This document shows positions 12,655 to 23,249 of a stretch of 64,000 nucleotides of DNA, piece after piece (position 1 is the first letter of the stretch; every line of letters starts with the position of its first letter). The stretch lies in the NCBI GenBank assembly GCA_040954595.2, contig CM082593.2, positions 9,433,200-9,497,199 on the forward strand, given 5' to 3'. Made by a program: the position numbers and the translations under genes. This DNA comes from Balanoglossus misakiensis. Lineage: Eukaryota > Animalia > Hemichordata. The notes under the pieces are model-generated. The model was given only the letters and a program-made list of their open reading frames with translations. It had not been told where the DNA came from and did no database searches.

Positions 12655-12820
12655 GCAACTTCACCACCAAAGATGACTTCCCAGCATGCACCAGCTGCTG
12701 CACTGAAAGCCGCAGAGGGTGTCATGCAAATGGCAAATGCTAGTCAGTTCAGTAAGATGCCACCAATTGCTGCTGTGAATCCTATCAACTCACAGTCACG
12801 ACAGAAATGGCCACAAAGAG
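12655..12820 (+). pseudogene. Exon of the MED25-like fragment (copy 25880-26063)
   Basis: GGACAG...AG|GTAGG; ATSPPKMTSQHAPAAALKAAEGVMQMAN...; phase compatible with the previous exon. Confidence 0.55.
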
Positions 12821-14125
12821 GTAGGTACAGTCAAACCTGTCTATACTGGCCAGTCAAGGGACTTCCAAAACTGACATTTATAGACAGGTGGCTTCTATAG
12901 ACTGGTCAATAAATGTGCAATGTACATGTACATGAAATGAAACAAAGTTGCCACTACATAGAGGTGGCCACAAACACATAGTTGACTGTCATATATGTTA
13001 TGTTGCCATGGCAGTCATTTACCATGAGTTCGATTATACATTGCCAAAACCGGAGGAAAAAAATATTCAAGTTCCCCTTTTCATATTCTCCATCAATGGT
13101 ATAATACGCCAGTGTCATGACCACACACAACTTCCACCCTGCTTGTAGCCACGAGAGTGAAAAAAACCTCACCAATATGAACAATCGGTCTCTATCATTT
13201 ATTCATTTTGGGCGAGTTTTTATGCTCATATCATTCAAGCGGGATGGAAATTGTGTATGGTTGAACATTCATTCACTACATATACATATGTACATTAACA
13301 TAAAATGTCTCTTGTATCAAACATAATGGAAAAAAAGGGCAGCGAGAGAGAGACTTTGTCCCTTTAATAGAAATGTGCATCTATTTCAACTATTACTTCT
13401 GTCTTGAACAATCTTTCCTTAATAGAGTGGTGTACTGATTAGAGAGATGTCTTATTGACAGGTTTCACTGTATAATATCAACATTTTCAGTTCCATAATC
13501 CTTCAGTGTTTGCCAGAGAATTTCGACAGCACTCAAAAACTTTCTCTGCCATACTCACAATAAGAGAAAGCTTGCACCTGTGTTTTACTGTTAAATTACC
13601 ATACCACAAAAAACAGTTTGTTTTTGCGAGCAATAAAGTTTTCGCGAAATATGCGAGAACCAACAAACGTGAAAATAAAAAGTCGCGTGAAATGTTTTTC
13701 GTAGATAAAGATGCAATGAAATACGAGAATGTGAAAATTAATCCTCGCGTAACAGTTTGGTCTTTTAATGTCGCGAAAAATTTCCTTTCATGAAAATAAT
13801 CCGTTTTACAGTCTGGTAATATTGAAGGTCAGAATGCTTTTGATGAGAGAACAATACACCAGTTGCAAAGTATCTTGACAAACATGAAATGATTGAATTC
13901 TCCAAAGAAGATATAATCTCGCAGTTGGTGTGTTGTTTCCTCATCAAAAGCATTCTGACCTTCAATATTATTCTGTTGAGCTATACATGCAATCTAGTCT
14001 ATATATGAACAGAAACATTGTATATTGATCTGCAACTCTCCTCCACATCCCTTGCCAAGTCAAGATAGTATTAATTACAGTGGATTTACTGCAAAACAAT
14101 TGGCTGCCATGTTGGGTGAGGTAAG

Positions 14126-15185
14126 CAGTGTTTTCTCCAGGACGCGCGATTGCGTGATTCCCCCTCGATTCCCCCTCTTTTACACTTGAATCGCCCCTTG
14201 AACTTGTTACAAGGGGCGATTCAATCGCCCCTTTCTAGAGCAGCCCACCTAGCCAGTACTTGTGCGTCCATGCCTCCATAGCATGCACTGTCAGTCAAAA
14301 CACTGGGAAAATGGCCGATATTACTGCATGCTGGCCTATACATTTTAACTTCCCACCCCCAAAACTATGTTGTAGATGTCTTTCACATTCAATTATGTGT
14401 ACTTTAGCTCCAGGGCTATAGTGTGCAATTATTGGAACAGCCAAAGAGTTCTATCTGGACACCGTCTAAATTTAGAGCACACATTCAAGTGAACTTGTTG
14501 TTATGGTGACCTTTGAAATTGGGTTGGCAGAACGTAACAATTTTATGCAAATTAAGAGAACTGCGTTCATGCCATGGCGATTATCAAGGATGTATAATTT
14601 TTCCGTGACCTCGTTTTCTTACTTAGGAAGGAAAGTCATTCAATATGTACAGAGACTGTTTACTTTGAGTAGTGTGCCTAGCCACGTACAGATGGGGAAG
14701 TGTACTGCAGAAATCTGAAGGAAAATATACCACTTCAATTTATTCCACTATTAATGGTTTCACAATCTAATATTTTGGCAGCTAAACTGAAACTTTTAAA
14801 AGCAAACAAGATAATTTTTTCCCAGGTATAGTATTAAAGAAAGACACTATTGTTTTTGCAGTTGCATTCATTTTATTCATTTCACTCTCCTTGCCAGGGG
14901 AGCAGTTCTTAGTCACTCTCCTACCACTTGTGTAAAAAATTTCAGGAAAGTTATTTTCAGCTCTCCAGCATTTTTTAAATTACACGCCCTGAAAGTTATG
15001 CAAGCTGGATTGTTCCTCTGCAAAACCTACTAATTTATTATTCAAAATGGTCATTACTTGATATTTACCTAAGTAACATAAATTATGCAAATCATGATTC
15101 CCCCCTATTTTGACCAAATCCCCCCTTAATTTTAGACTAAGGGGGAACATTCCCCCCTTCTCTCAACATCCTGGAGAAAACACTG
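14126..15185. mobile_element. Non-autonomous TIR element, 1060 bp, superfamily uncertain
   Basis: Perfect 17-bp TIR CAGTGTTTTCTCCAGGA / TCCTGGAGAAAACACTG; flanks GGTAAG / GGTCAG; absent from the paralog at 8391-8401. Confidence 0.85.
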
Positions 15186-15519
15186 GGTCAGCGATGTAAA
15201 GGAGTAGCTCTAAGTGAGCGCTGTTTAAGGCGCGGTGGGGACAGTAGGGGTCTGTGTGCCAGCCAATCATATGCTGTCTGAAGCCCGCCGGAGGGAAAGT
15301 TTCCCGGGCTTGTCATTGCCACTTTTGCATTCGGCGGAGCAGCAGGCTGGACACGGGACGCTATTCCCTTCCGTAGTGTCAAGCGACACTGACAGCGGAC
15401 TGTACGTTTATTCAAGTGGTACACTTTGACTTTCACGATCCTTGAGACAGCGGAACTGACCCATTCAGAGGTATTGTCACGATTTCTGAGATTATCGCTA
15501 ACCTACCTTATCCACAGTT

Positions 15520-16866
15520 TTGAGACTTGGCTCGAACGCTCCCCCGATTGACACTGCTACTTTTGCCGCGTCGGACTGGCGAGAAAAAAGGGCAACGCTG
15601 AAGACACCTCAAACGCTACCTACGGGTAGGCCCGTGCCTGATCCTTCGCTCGTTATATCTGGGTCTGTACCTGAATCAGTGCCCGCGCCGGACTCTGAAG
15701 TACAAAACTGGGCCGATCAACATGGGATCTTACTGCCAACTCTGAATGTGTTAGCGGCCAACGGGTTTACTACGATGCAAGTGGTCAGATTAATTCAGCA
15801 TGACGATTTATATTTCATGAAGATATCTCCTCTTGCCCAGTTTCGGCAATTGGACGCAGCGCTTATCGAGCTTGCCTCACAGAAACGTACGACCGCTCGA
15901 CGGGCAGATGTGGCGGGAGATCGAGATGCCACCCAAGTCGCTGACCGGAACCGTGCGCCCTCGCATACGACGGCCGGACAACAATACACAGACAACATGG
16001 TGGCCCCCAGTACATCAGACTCCCACGAAGCCAGTTCAGCGAGCGCGAAGACCGTCGACTCCGAACAGGCACAACAGGCAAGTCGAGGAGAAGTTGGACT
16101 GGACTCGCTGCTTCAGGCGTTGAATATCAACGCGGGACCACTGAACAATGACCTGACCCCGCCCAGGAAGATACCTCAGCGCATGGACTTAGAACCCATG
16201 GTGTATTTAAAACCGGCGTCCATGGCAGGTTTGAAATTTTATGACATTGTTGACTATGTACCAAGCTCCCTACAGGCTAAGGTCGACCAAAAAGTGCTGG
16301 CCTTTGGAGCGGGGGAAAACAAACTGGTGTTTGAATCGGGTCCATCAAAACCAAAATTAGGGTCGGTGACCCCTCAGCAATGGTCTGCGGCCAACTCTCG
16401 CATTTTGTACGAACTCATTTCAAAGCACAATTACAACCTTACTCAAGTACAAGAGTATTCAGCATACACCATTAAAGTGTGTCAACTGGCAGACCGATAT
16501 GAATGGGTGTCTGTTTTGCATTATGATCGGGAGTTCCGTAAACTACAAGCAGCCTATAATTTACCATGGGGAACTGACTCCCAACATTTGTCCACTGTGT
16601 ATTTGAGGGAAAAAGGGGCAGTGCAAAACAAAGCACGGGGGTCATATCAGGTCAAAAATGGTAAGTCTACTTCTGCGGCGCCCGTTGATGTCAAGACAGG
16701 ACAACCCATTTGTATCGGTTACAATAAAGGGGATTGCAAGTTCGGGGTAAAATGTAATTACAGTCATATATGTTTGGATTGCAAAAAGGGCCATTCCAAA
16801 ATCAACCACCCAAACTTGTCAGGGGGGAACCAAAGAGCGAGAACAAGCCGCTTCAAGGGTAACTGA
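15520..16866 (+). CDS. Ngaro ORF1 (Gag-like) with C-terminal Cys/His zinc finger and N-terminal SAM-like segment
   Basis: 448-codon open frame; YEWVSVLHYDREFR and CIGYNKGDC...CNYSHICLDC...H motifs typical of Ngaro ORF1. True start codon uncertain. Confidence 0.85.
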   Translation: MRLGSNAPPIDTATFAASDWREKRATLKTPQTLPTGRPVPDPSLVISGSVPESVPAPDSEVQNWADQHGILLPTLNVLAANGFTTMQVVRLIQHDDLYFMKISPLAQFRQLDAALIELASQKRTTARRADVAGDRDATQVADRNRAPSHTTAGQQYTDNMVAPSTSDSHEASSASAKTVDSEQAQQASRGEVGLDSLLQALNINAGPLNNDLTPPRKIPQRMDLEPMVYLKPASMAGLKFYDIVDYVPSSLQAKVDQKVLAFGAGENKLVFESGPSKPKLGSVTPQQWSAANSRILYELISKHNYNLTQVQEYSAYTIKVCQLADRYEWVSVLHYDREFRKLQAAYNLPWGTDSQHLSTVYLREKGAVQNKARGSYQVKNGKSTSAAPVDVKTGQPICIGYNKGDCKFGVKCNYSHICLDCKKGHSKINHPNLSGGNQRARTSRFKGN

Positions 16867-18603
16867 CCTGCCCACCCCTCCCCCCTTCCCTTCAGCCTTA
16901 CGTTATGAAGCCTGGGTTACTGAAATTTTCCCCAATGACCCAGACAAAGATTTTATTCTTGACGGGATTGAACAGGGTTTTTGCATTGTCGATCCTGGTT
17001 CTAATATCCGCCCTGCTGAGACAAATAATTACAAATCTGCAACGGACCCCTCATTTCGTGTTGCAGTGGAGGAACAAATTTTGGTTGAGTTGAGTGAAGG
17101 TCGTTATGAGGTCACATCTGACAAACCAACTATTGTAAGCGCACTGGGGGCCATTCCCAAACAAAACTCACCAGATGTTAGACTGATTCATGATTGCAGT
17201 CAACCGCCCAATTTTGCAGTCAACGACTATGCAACTAATCCTTCGTTTTCCTTCCAAACCTTTGGGGGGGCCACCAAATTAATTAAGCCAGGGTCCTTTT
17301 TAGCTAAGGTGGATTTGAAGTCTGCATACAGGTCTGTCCGTATCCATCCATCTATTAATAGTGCTACTGGGTTGAAATGGACCTTTTCTAACATGCAAGA
17401 GGCTACTTATATGTTCGACACGAGGCTCCCATTTGGAGCCAAAAAGGCCCCCATCATTTTTCACCGTCTCACCCAAGCTGTGCGTAGGATGATGCATCGC
17501 AAGGGTTATGTTTGTTTAGTGGTCTACCTTGATGATTTCCTCATTGTTGCAGATACTTACCAGGAGTGCCAAATTGCCCTGAACACCCTTCGTAAGTTAG
17601 GGTTTGCTATTGCTTGGGGTAAGGTTGAGAGACCCACTCAACGGTTAGTATTTTTAGGTATTGAAATTGATACCCGCGCTTTTACTGTTGCCTTGCTGCT
17701 GCCAAAGCTTCATGAGCTTTATTCATTGCTGCTTATTTTTCACACAAAAACACGTGCATCCCGCCGCCAGCTGCAATTCCTTGCTGGGAAATTAAACTGG
17801 GCTTGCCAGGTCATTGTCGGAGGTAGGACTTTCCTCCGTCGCATCCTGGATTGCATTAATAATCTCCGCCAACCTTCTCATAAAGTTATCCTTGGTAGGG
17901 AATTTAAGGCCGATCTTGATTGGTGGATTCGCTTTTTACCACATTTTAATGGCACTTGCAAGATTCTGAATACAGACCCTATAACTGATGTGCATACAGA
18001 TGCTAGCAACACCGCTGCCGGTGCTTATTTTAGGGGGGATTGGGTGTACACCAGGTGGGCTGACTGGCCATCTACTTCACACTTCATATTAATTACAAAG
18101 AGGTGCTGGCTGTTGCAGTGGCAGCACAAAGATGGGCACCTGTGTGGGCAAATCATAGAGTTGTAATTCACACGGACAGTATGTCTGCTATGGGTATGCT
18201 TAATAAGGGGACATGTCGCCATCCATTCATGATGTCTGTGCTTCGTTCTCTATTTTGGCTCTCAGCTTCTTACAACTTCAGCATTCAAGCAGTTTATGTT
18301 CCTGGTAAACTCAATCACATTCCTGATGCCATTTCCAGGTTGCATCAACCAGGTCAGTTCATGAGGTTGCATACACTGCTCCACCCTTATGGAGAGCTCC
18401 ACCCCACCTTCACCTTAGCTAGCTTCCCACTTCACATGCCTTATACTGCTGCTACCTTTCTTACTCGTCAGATCCAGAGATCAAACAGCTGGAGGAACAT
18501 CTGGATAGGGAAGTGGCCACATATAGAGGAAGTGCCTTTGCAGAAAATACACAGCGCACATACTCTGTCCACTGGAAGTCATACATCTCCTTTTGTGTTA
18601 TGA
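16862..18603 (+). pseudogene. Ngaro ORF2 reverse transcriptase / RNase H, one frameshift near 18060-18085
   Basis: KVDLKSAYR, LPFG, YLDDF; RNase H HTDAS; continues in a shifted frame as HINYKEVLAV...HTDS...DAISR. The frame is open upstream of 17066 to at least 16862, overlapping ORF1. Confidence 0.9.
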
Positions 18604-19478
18604 TGGGTTACCCCCCTTTGCCAGCCAGTAGTGACCTGGTTTGTCGTTACACAGCCTACTTAGCTCGCCGTCTAAAGTTCAACTCAGTGAAGCAGTATTT
18701 AAATATTATTCGTATTTTGCACTTAGAGCATGGCTTCGCCAATCCACTCCAAGACAATTGGCTGCTGACTATGCTGTTAAAGGGCATAGCCAAAGTTAAG
18801 GGAACTACAGTTGCCAGGAAGCTGCCTCTCACCCCCACATTGTTATTGGGCATTCACAGTCAGTTATGTTTTTCATCAGCCTTTGATTCTGTCTTTTGGG
18901 CAGCCTGCCTTGTGGGTTTCTTTGGGTTGCTGCGCAAATCCAATTTCTTAGTTCCTTCAGGCTCTAAGTTTGACCCAGACAAACATCTAACTAGGGCTTC
19001 CTTCCAGGTGCATGCATGGGGTCTCACCATCATTATTCAATGGACCAAAACGCTACAAACTCGGGATCGGGTTCTTCAAGTTCCTCTCCCATGGATTCGC
19101 AATCACCCATTATGCCCTGTTTCTGCAGTCCTTAGGGCATTTCAGCATTCTAAGGGGGCACCCCCTACAGGCCCAGCCTTTGTCATCCCTGCAGGTAATG
19201 GTAGCTTCCGCCCGCTCACTGTCCCACAGTTCACCTCAAAGCTCCGCACCCATCTTAGTCGCCTAGGGGTGCAGGTCAGTGAATATTCTTCACACAGTCT
19301 CCGTCGGGGAGGGGCATCCTGGGCAATACAGTGTGGGGTTCCCAGTGATATAATTAAGCTGATGGGGGATTGGAGGAGTGACGCATACCTTCGTTACTTG
19401 GTCCTCCCCCTCCCTTTCAAAGTTAACTCTGTTAAGCTTTGTGCCAAACAGCTTCCTTTTTCTACTTCTACATTGTAA
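18513..19478 (+). CDS. Ngaro tyrosine recombinase
   Basis: LLRKSN, WTKT, HSLRRGGAS, GDWRSDAYLRY: complete R-K-HxxR-W-Y catalytic set. Confidence 0.92.
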   Translation: MATYRGSAFAENTQRTYSVHWKSYISFCVMMGYPPLPASSDLVCRYTAYLARRLKFNSVKQYLNIIRILHLEHGFANPLQDNWLLTMLLKGIAKVKGTTVARKLPLTPTLLLGIHSQLCFSSAFDSVFWAACLVGFFGLLRKSNFLVPSGSKFDPDKHLTRASFQVHAWGLTIIIQWTKTLQTRDRVLQVPLPWIRNHPLCPVSAVLRAFQHSKGAPPTGPAFVIPAGNGSFRPLTVPQFTSKLRTHLSRLGVQVSEYSSHSLRRGGASWAIQCGVPSDIIKLMGDWRSDAYLRYLVLPLPFKVNSVKLCAKQLPFSTSTL

Positions 19479-21485
19479 GCAAGTTTTCTATGACTACCTG
19501 CACTACTATATTGGGTTTTTGGGAGAATTTTGTAGTAAACACAGACAGACTTCAACTGTCCATTAGTATGTGTTTTTGTCAGTATTAAAGTTTCCCCCAA
19601 AGTTGTGCCCAATTTGTGTGTCCCAGTGTGGTTTGTGTGTGAGAGCCAGTGTGCCTTAAGGAGTAGCTCTAAGTGAGCGCTGATTAAGGCGCGGTGGGGA
19701 CAGTAGGGGTCCGTGTGCCAGCCAAACATATGCTGTCTCAAGACCGCCGGAGGGAAAGTTTCCCGGGCTTGTCATTGCCACTTTTGCATTCGGCAGAGCA
19801 GCAGGCTGGACACGGGACGCTATTGACCCACCCTCCCACCACACATTCCAGGGAATTTCTGCCTGTCTTTGTTGCTTTATATTATTTATATTTATTGTAT
19901 TTATTAAAAGCATTGTTTGTATGCTTTGCATTGTTTTCATAGTTCTTTTGATAGTGTAGTTTTCAGGGGGAGAATTTTGTAGTAAACACAGACAGACTTC
20001 AACTGTTCATTAGTATGTGTTTTTGTCAGTATTAAAGTTTTCCCCAAAGTTGTGCCCAATTTGTGTGTCCCAGTGTGGTTTGTGTGTGAGAGCCAGTGTG
20101 CCTTAAACATTTCATACAACACTGCCTACTAACAATAGTCATATCAATCTGACAAGGGAAAATGAAAAAACACATCTTTTCAAACTAGCTTACTGTGCGG
20201 ACCAATTTCATTAAGCTCCATTGAACAGCTATATTTTCTTGAATTCTGGTTTTATAATTAATTTTGATTGATTGACATGTGTTTTACATCTAAATGCATC
20301 GCTTTGGGAACATTTTCTCGTATGTATGAGATTATTAAATTGAACTTGTATATTTGCTGAGGGCAACTAAATGTTCAGTAAAGATGAGGAATGCTCAATG
20401 TTTGGATTGTCTTCAAAAAGATGACAACAACTCAAGTCTCAAAAACTCTTTGTTTTGAATTTTGAATTGTTTTTGTTGCATCAGTAACGACTTCACATGT
20501 GGATGCCACATTTTGATTCTTAGCAAATGTTGTATTTTGACAGAGAGGAGTCCATTCCTCAATCATATCACCCCGCAAACGGCCTGAACTCCAAAAACTT
20601 AGCGACAAAGCGTGAAGTACAGATGGTACCTATGAAGGATTATGCGGCTGATCCACACCACATGATACTTCTCAAAGGTTATCAACTTGCTGGTAGGTAT
20701 CTGTTGCTATGCAAATATTTGCTATCATACCATCCAGATTCTAAAGTTCACAGGTCAAATATATATCTTGTTTACGTGGCCATTTACAACCAATTCATCA
20801 TTTTGTGGTTTGTTAAGATTTTTATTACTCTAAATTGGTACTTCCATAAAATGGTTGTAATATTTATTACACATCACGTATTGTTATGCGCTCCTGGTTG
20901 GCTAATACTAAATATGACAGAACTTCATGACCTCTGCACACGATCTGAGGCTTAAGGAAGTTATTTTCGCGAGTGATGCAGTGTCTTCTGTTGCAGTACT
21001 TTCACAAGCCAAGCATTTTATTCCCCATCATTTCAATGCCTGGCCAATGAATTACACATCCTCCTGAAAATTGCTGGTAGGTGAGAAATCAGTTTCCATG
21101 GTTGCATCCTGGATGAAACACTGGTACAGGTTCAAGACAAGTTTAGTGATATTGTGTAAATCCACAGAAGAATTTCACATCAACTGTATAATCTTCTATT
21201 TTTCTCATGATTGTGTTTCAGAAAAATCTGTGTCAAGTGGTGATACATAAGAGGTTGCCATCGTGAAACCTAAAACCATAGCAACCACTTCAGTGTCTAC
21301 AACCACTACCACAACACAGCCACTGAAACCCGCATCAACAGTTACCATGTTTACAGCATCTACCTCCAGTATGACCTCAAATCCTCTCAAATCAACTGTT
21401 GGAAGTTCAACTCCAGGTAAAGTCTCCAGTGTTGCTTACGAGTCATTTGTCATAATTAGACCACCAAGTGAAGTGTGAGATATTG

Positions 21486-21677
21486 AACACCTATTGCCTG
21501 GCCATGAGGGCCATAGCGGCCGTTTATTACACCCGAGGGGCTGTGAGTTACCAGAATCACATGCTATTTCTCGAGGCCGTAGGCCGAGGGAAATAGCGTA
21601 TGATTCTGGTAACTCACAGCCACGAGGGTGTAATAAACGGCCGCTATGGCCCGAATATAGGCCAGGCTATAGGTGTT
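21486..21677 (+). repeat. About 190-nt terminal hairpin of the Crypton
   Basis: Arms pair from AACACCTATTGCCTGGCC to GGCCAGGCTATAGGTGTT; apex GA-GGCC-GTA-GGCC-GA (21573-21587); further GA/GA appositions at 21535-36/21624-25 and 21506-07/21653-54. Confidence 0.92.
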
Positions 21678-21887
21678 TTATAATAAACCTCATGCTAACA
21701 GTTTATGTTTGCAATATTGAACAAGTTTAATTAAATACCTTGAATACGAAATACAATAAATTCAACATGAACGGATGCTATAACCCGAATAAAACAGCTT
21801 ACGGCTTATTATAATGTAATATGCAAAATTTGGTAAGCTGACAAAGTACAACTTTTGACAGTCAATTGGCTTCGGATTCCATAAAGC

Positions 21888-23249
21888 CTAATTGTTGTGG
21901 ATGTTGACGACGCATCCATGAAAGTTATAGTTCACTACTTTCTTACTACCGCTCACTTCTTGTTGAGTAACAAAATTAACCGGCGGCGGCGGAGAAGAAG
22001 TAGTCAGTTCACTCAGAAAAGACCGTTGCAAGGGCGATGCCATTATCGGAGCTAGCGACGACTGCGGCTGTTCTATTGTTTGTGCGCCTTCTATCTGTTC
22101 GTTTGTCGACGAACTTCCTTGAATAGCACTGGAAAGTGTACGGCTCATTTCTCGCTTCTTGTCTTCACCAACTCTGCTATAACTTCTGATACTGGTCTCT
22201 GATTTGTGACCACTAACTCCCATGATATGCCGTGCCTCAAAGCCTTTGTCGTCCAGCGTTGTCACAGTGGTAGCACGCAAACAGTGGTTGGTGTACGTAC
22301 GAGAACATTCAGCTTCGACAGATATTTTCTTCATTTTGTCGGCGAGCGTATTTTTACCAACTGCTATGCTGTCATACCAAACAGAGTCATCTTGACTTTT
22401 CAGTGCTGGTTTTGGTCGCTGCCAAAAAGCCTCAGAGTTTGGGTTTAGCTTTGTTAAATACAATTCAAAAGACCAAACTGGACATAGCGAGTTTTCAGGA
22501 GTCTCGTACATCCTCCCTCCTTGACTCATTTCCGCGTCGTCTATACAGCCACGGTGATTTTTCGTCAGCATATCTTTACAGAGCGACACATATTTCAGGC
22601 CCGTTGAATCACGTTGGACGACGAAGTGCGACTTCGTCATGTTACGTAGATTTTCGCGGCCGCGATTGCATAGATACATCATAATATCAACGAAAACCTT
22701 GTTTTGTAACCCGCGTGGCGTTGACTTGTCAAGTGCAGACGACAACATCATTTTTGTCATGTCATCTTTGGTAACGGGTTCTTTATGTTGCGTTGCACCC
22801 TTACCCTCGCCTTTCAGTTTTACAAGCATTGCAGTGAATACATCATTGGCAGGCTTGAAAATCTCACTGTGGATGATGTCGGTGCCGCACTGTTTCAGAA
22901 AATATCGTTGTAAGCCATATCGTATTGTTATCATTGACTTACTCGAATACAGCTGTGCGTTGTTCTGTCGAACCCCAGCGTAGAAATCCCGCAGCGTGAG
23001 ACACAAATCGGCTGGCGCAGTCTTTTCCACGTCGGATATGGTAGTACCAATTTCTTCACAAAACGAAGTAAAAATCCTCGTTGCGTATTGAATTACATAT
23101 TTGGTGTTACGTGAATCCTTGTTGTCGACAAGGTGTTGCAGTTCTTGCTCCGACAAAAGGGAAAATCTTGCAATTTTCTCTTTAGGTTGGCATACGACAT
23201 CTTCAGCGGTGGCCATTGTGCTAGCAGACGACGCGACGCTGATTGACAT
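21888..23249 (-). CDS. Crypton tyrosine recombinase (DUF3504 family, related to ZMYM/KCTD1/QRICH1 domains), 453 aa
   Basis: Intronless open frame; NRGRENLR, TKNH, CPV..FELY, TNHCLRAT, VSGHKSETSIRSY give an intact R-K-HxxR-H-Y set; ends in the NFHGCVVNI-type tail seen in animal Cryptons. Confidence 0.92.
   Translation of the reverse strand: MSISVASSASTMATAEDVVCQPKEKIARFSLLSEQELQHLVDNKDSRNTKYVIQYATRIFTSFCEEIGTTISDVEKTAPADLCLTLRDFYAGVRQNNAQLYSSKSMITIRYGLQRYFLKQCGTDIIHSEIFKPANDVFTAMLVKLKGEGKGATQHKEPVTKDDMTKMMLSSALDKSTPRGLQNKVFVDIMMYLCNRGRENLRNMTKSHFVVQRDSTGLKYVSLCKDMLTKNHRGCIDDAEMSQGGRMYETPENSLCPVWSFELYLTKLNPNSEAFWQRPKPALKSQDDSVWYDSIAVGKNTLADKMKKISVEAECSRTYTNHCLRATTVTTLDDKGFEARHIMGVSGHKSETSIRSYSRVGEDKKREMSRTLSSAIQGSSSTNEQIEGAQTIEQPQSSLAPIMASPLQRSFLSELTTSSPPPPVNFVTQQEVSGSKKVVNYNFHGCVVNIHNN

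Larger units (their letters stand above)
15201..20106 (+). mobile_element. Ngaro-type tyrosine-recombinase retrotransposon, full length
   Basis: Split direct repeats A1 15201-15365, B1 19521-19659, A2 19660-19824, B2 19968-20106; gag, RT/RNase H and YR ORFs; empty site CGATGTAAAACATTTC at 8401-8416. Confidence 0.95.

Noticed and set aside
21473-21483. GTGTGAGA next to the Crypton insertion equals the family-1 core arm
   Set aside because: A single 8-mer; the Crypton's own arms differ, so chance cannot be excluded.
22206-22983. Plus-strand ORFs antisense to the Crypton YR (likewise antisense ORFs in Ngaro and DIRS)
   Set aside because: Shadow frames of real coding sequence with no motifs.
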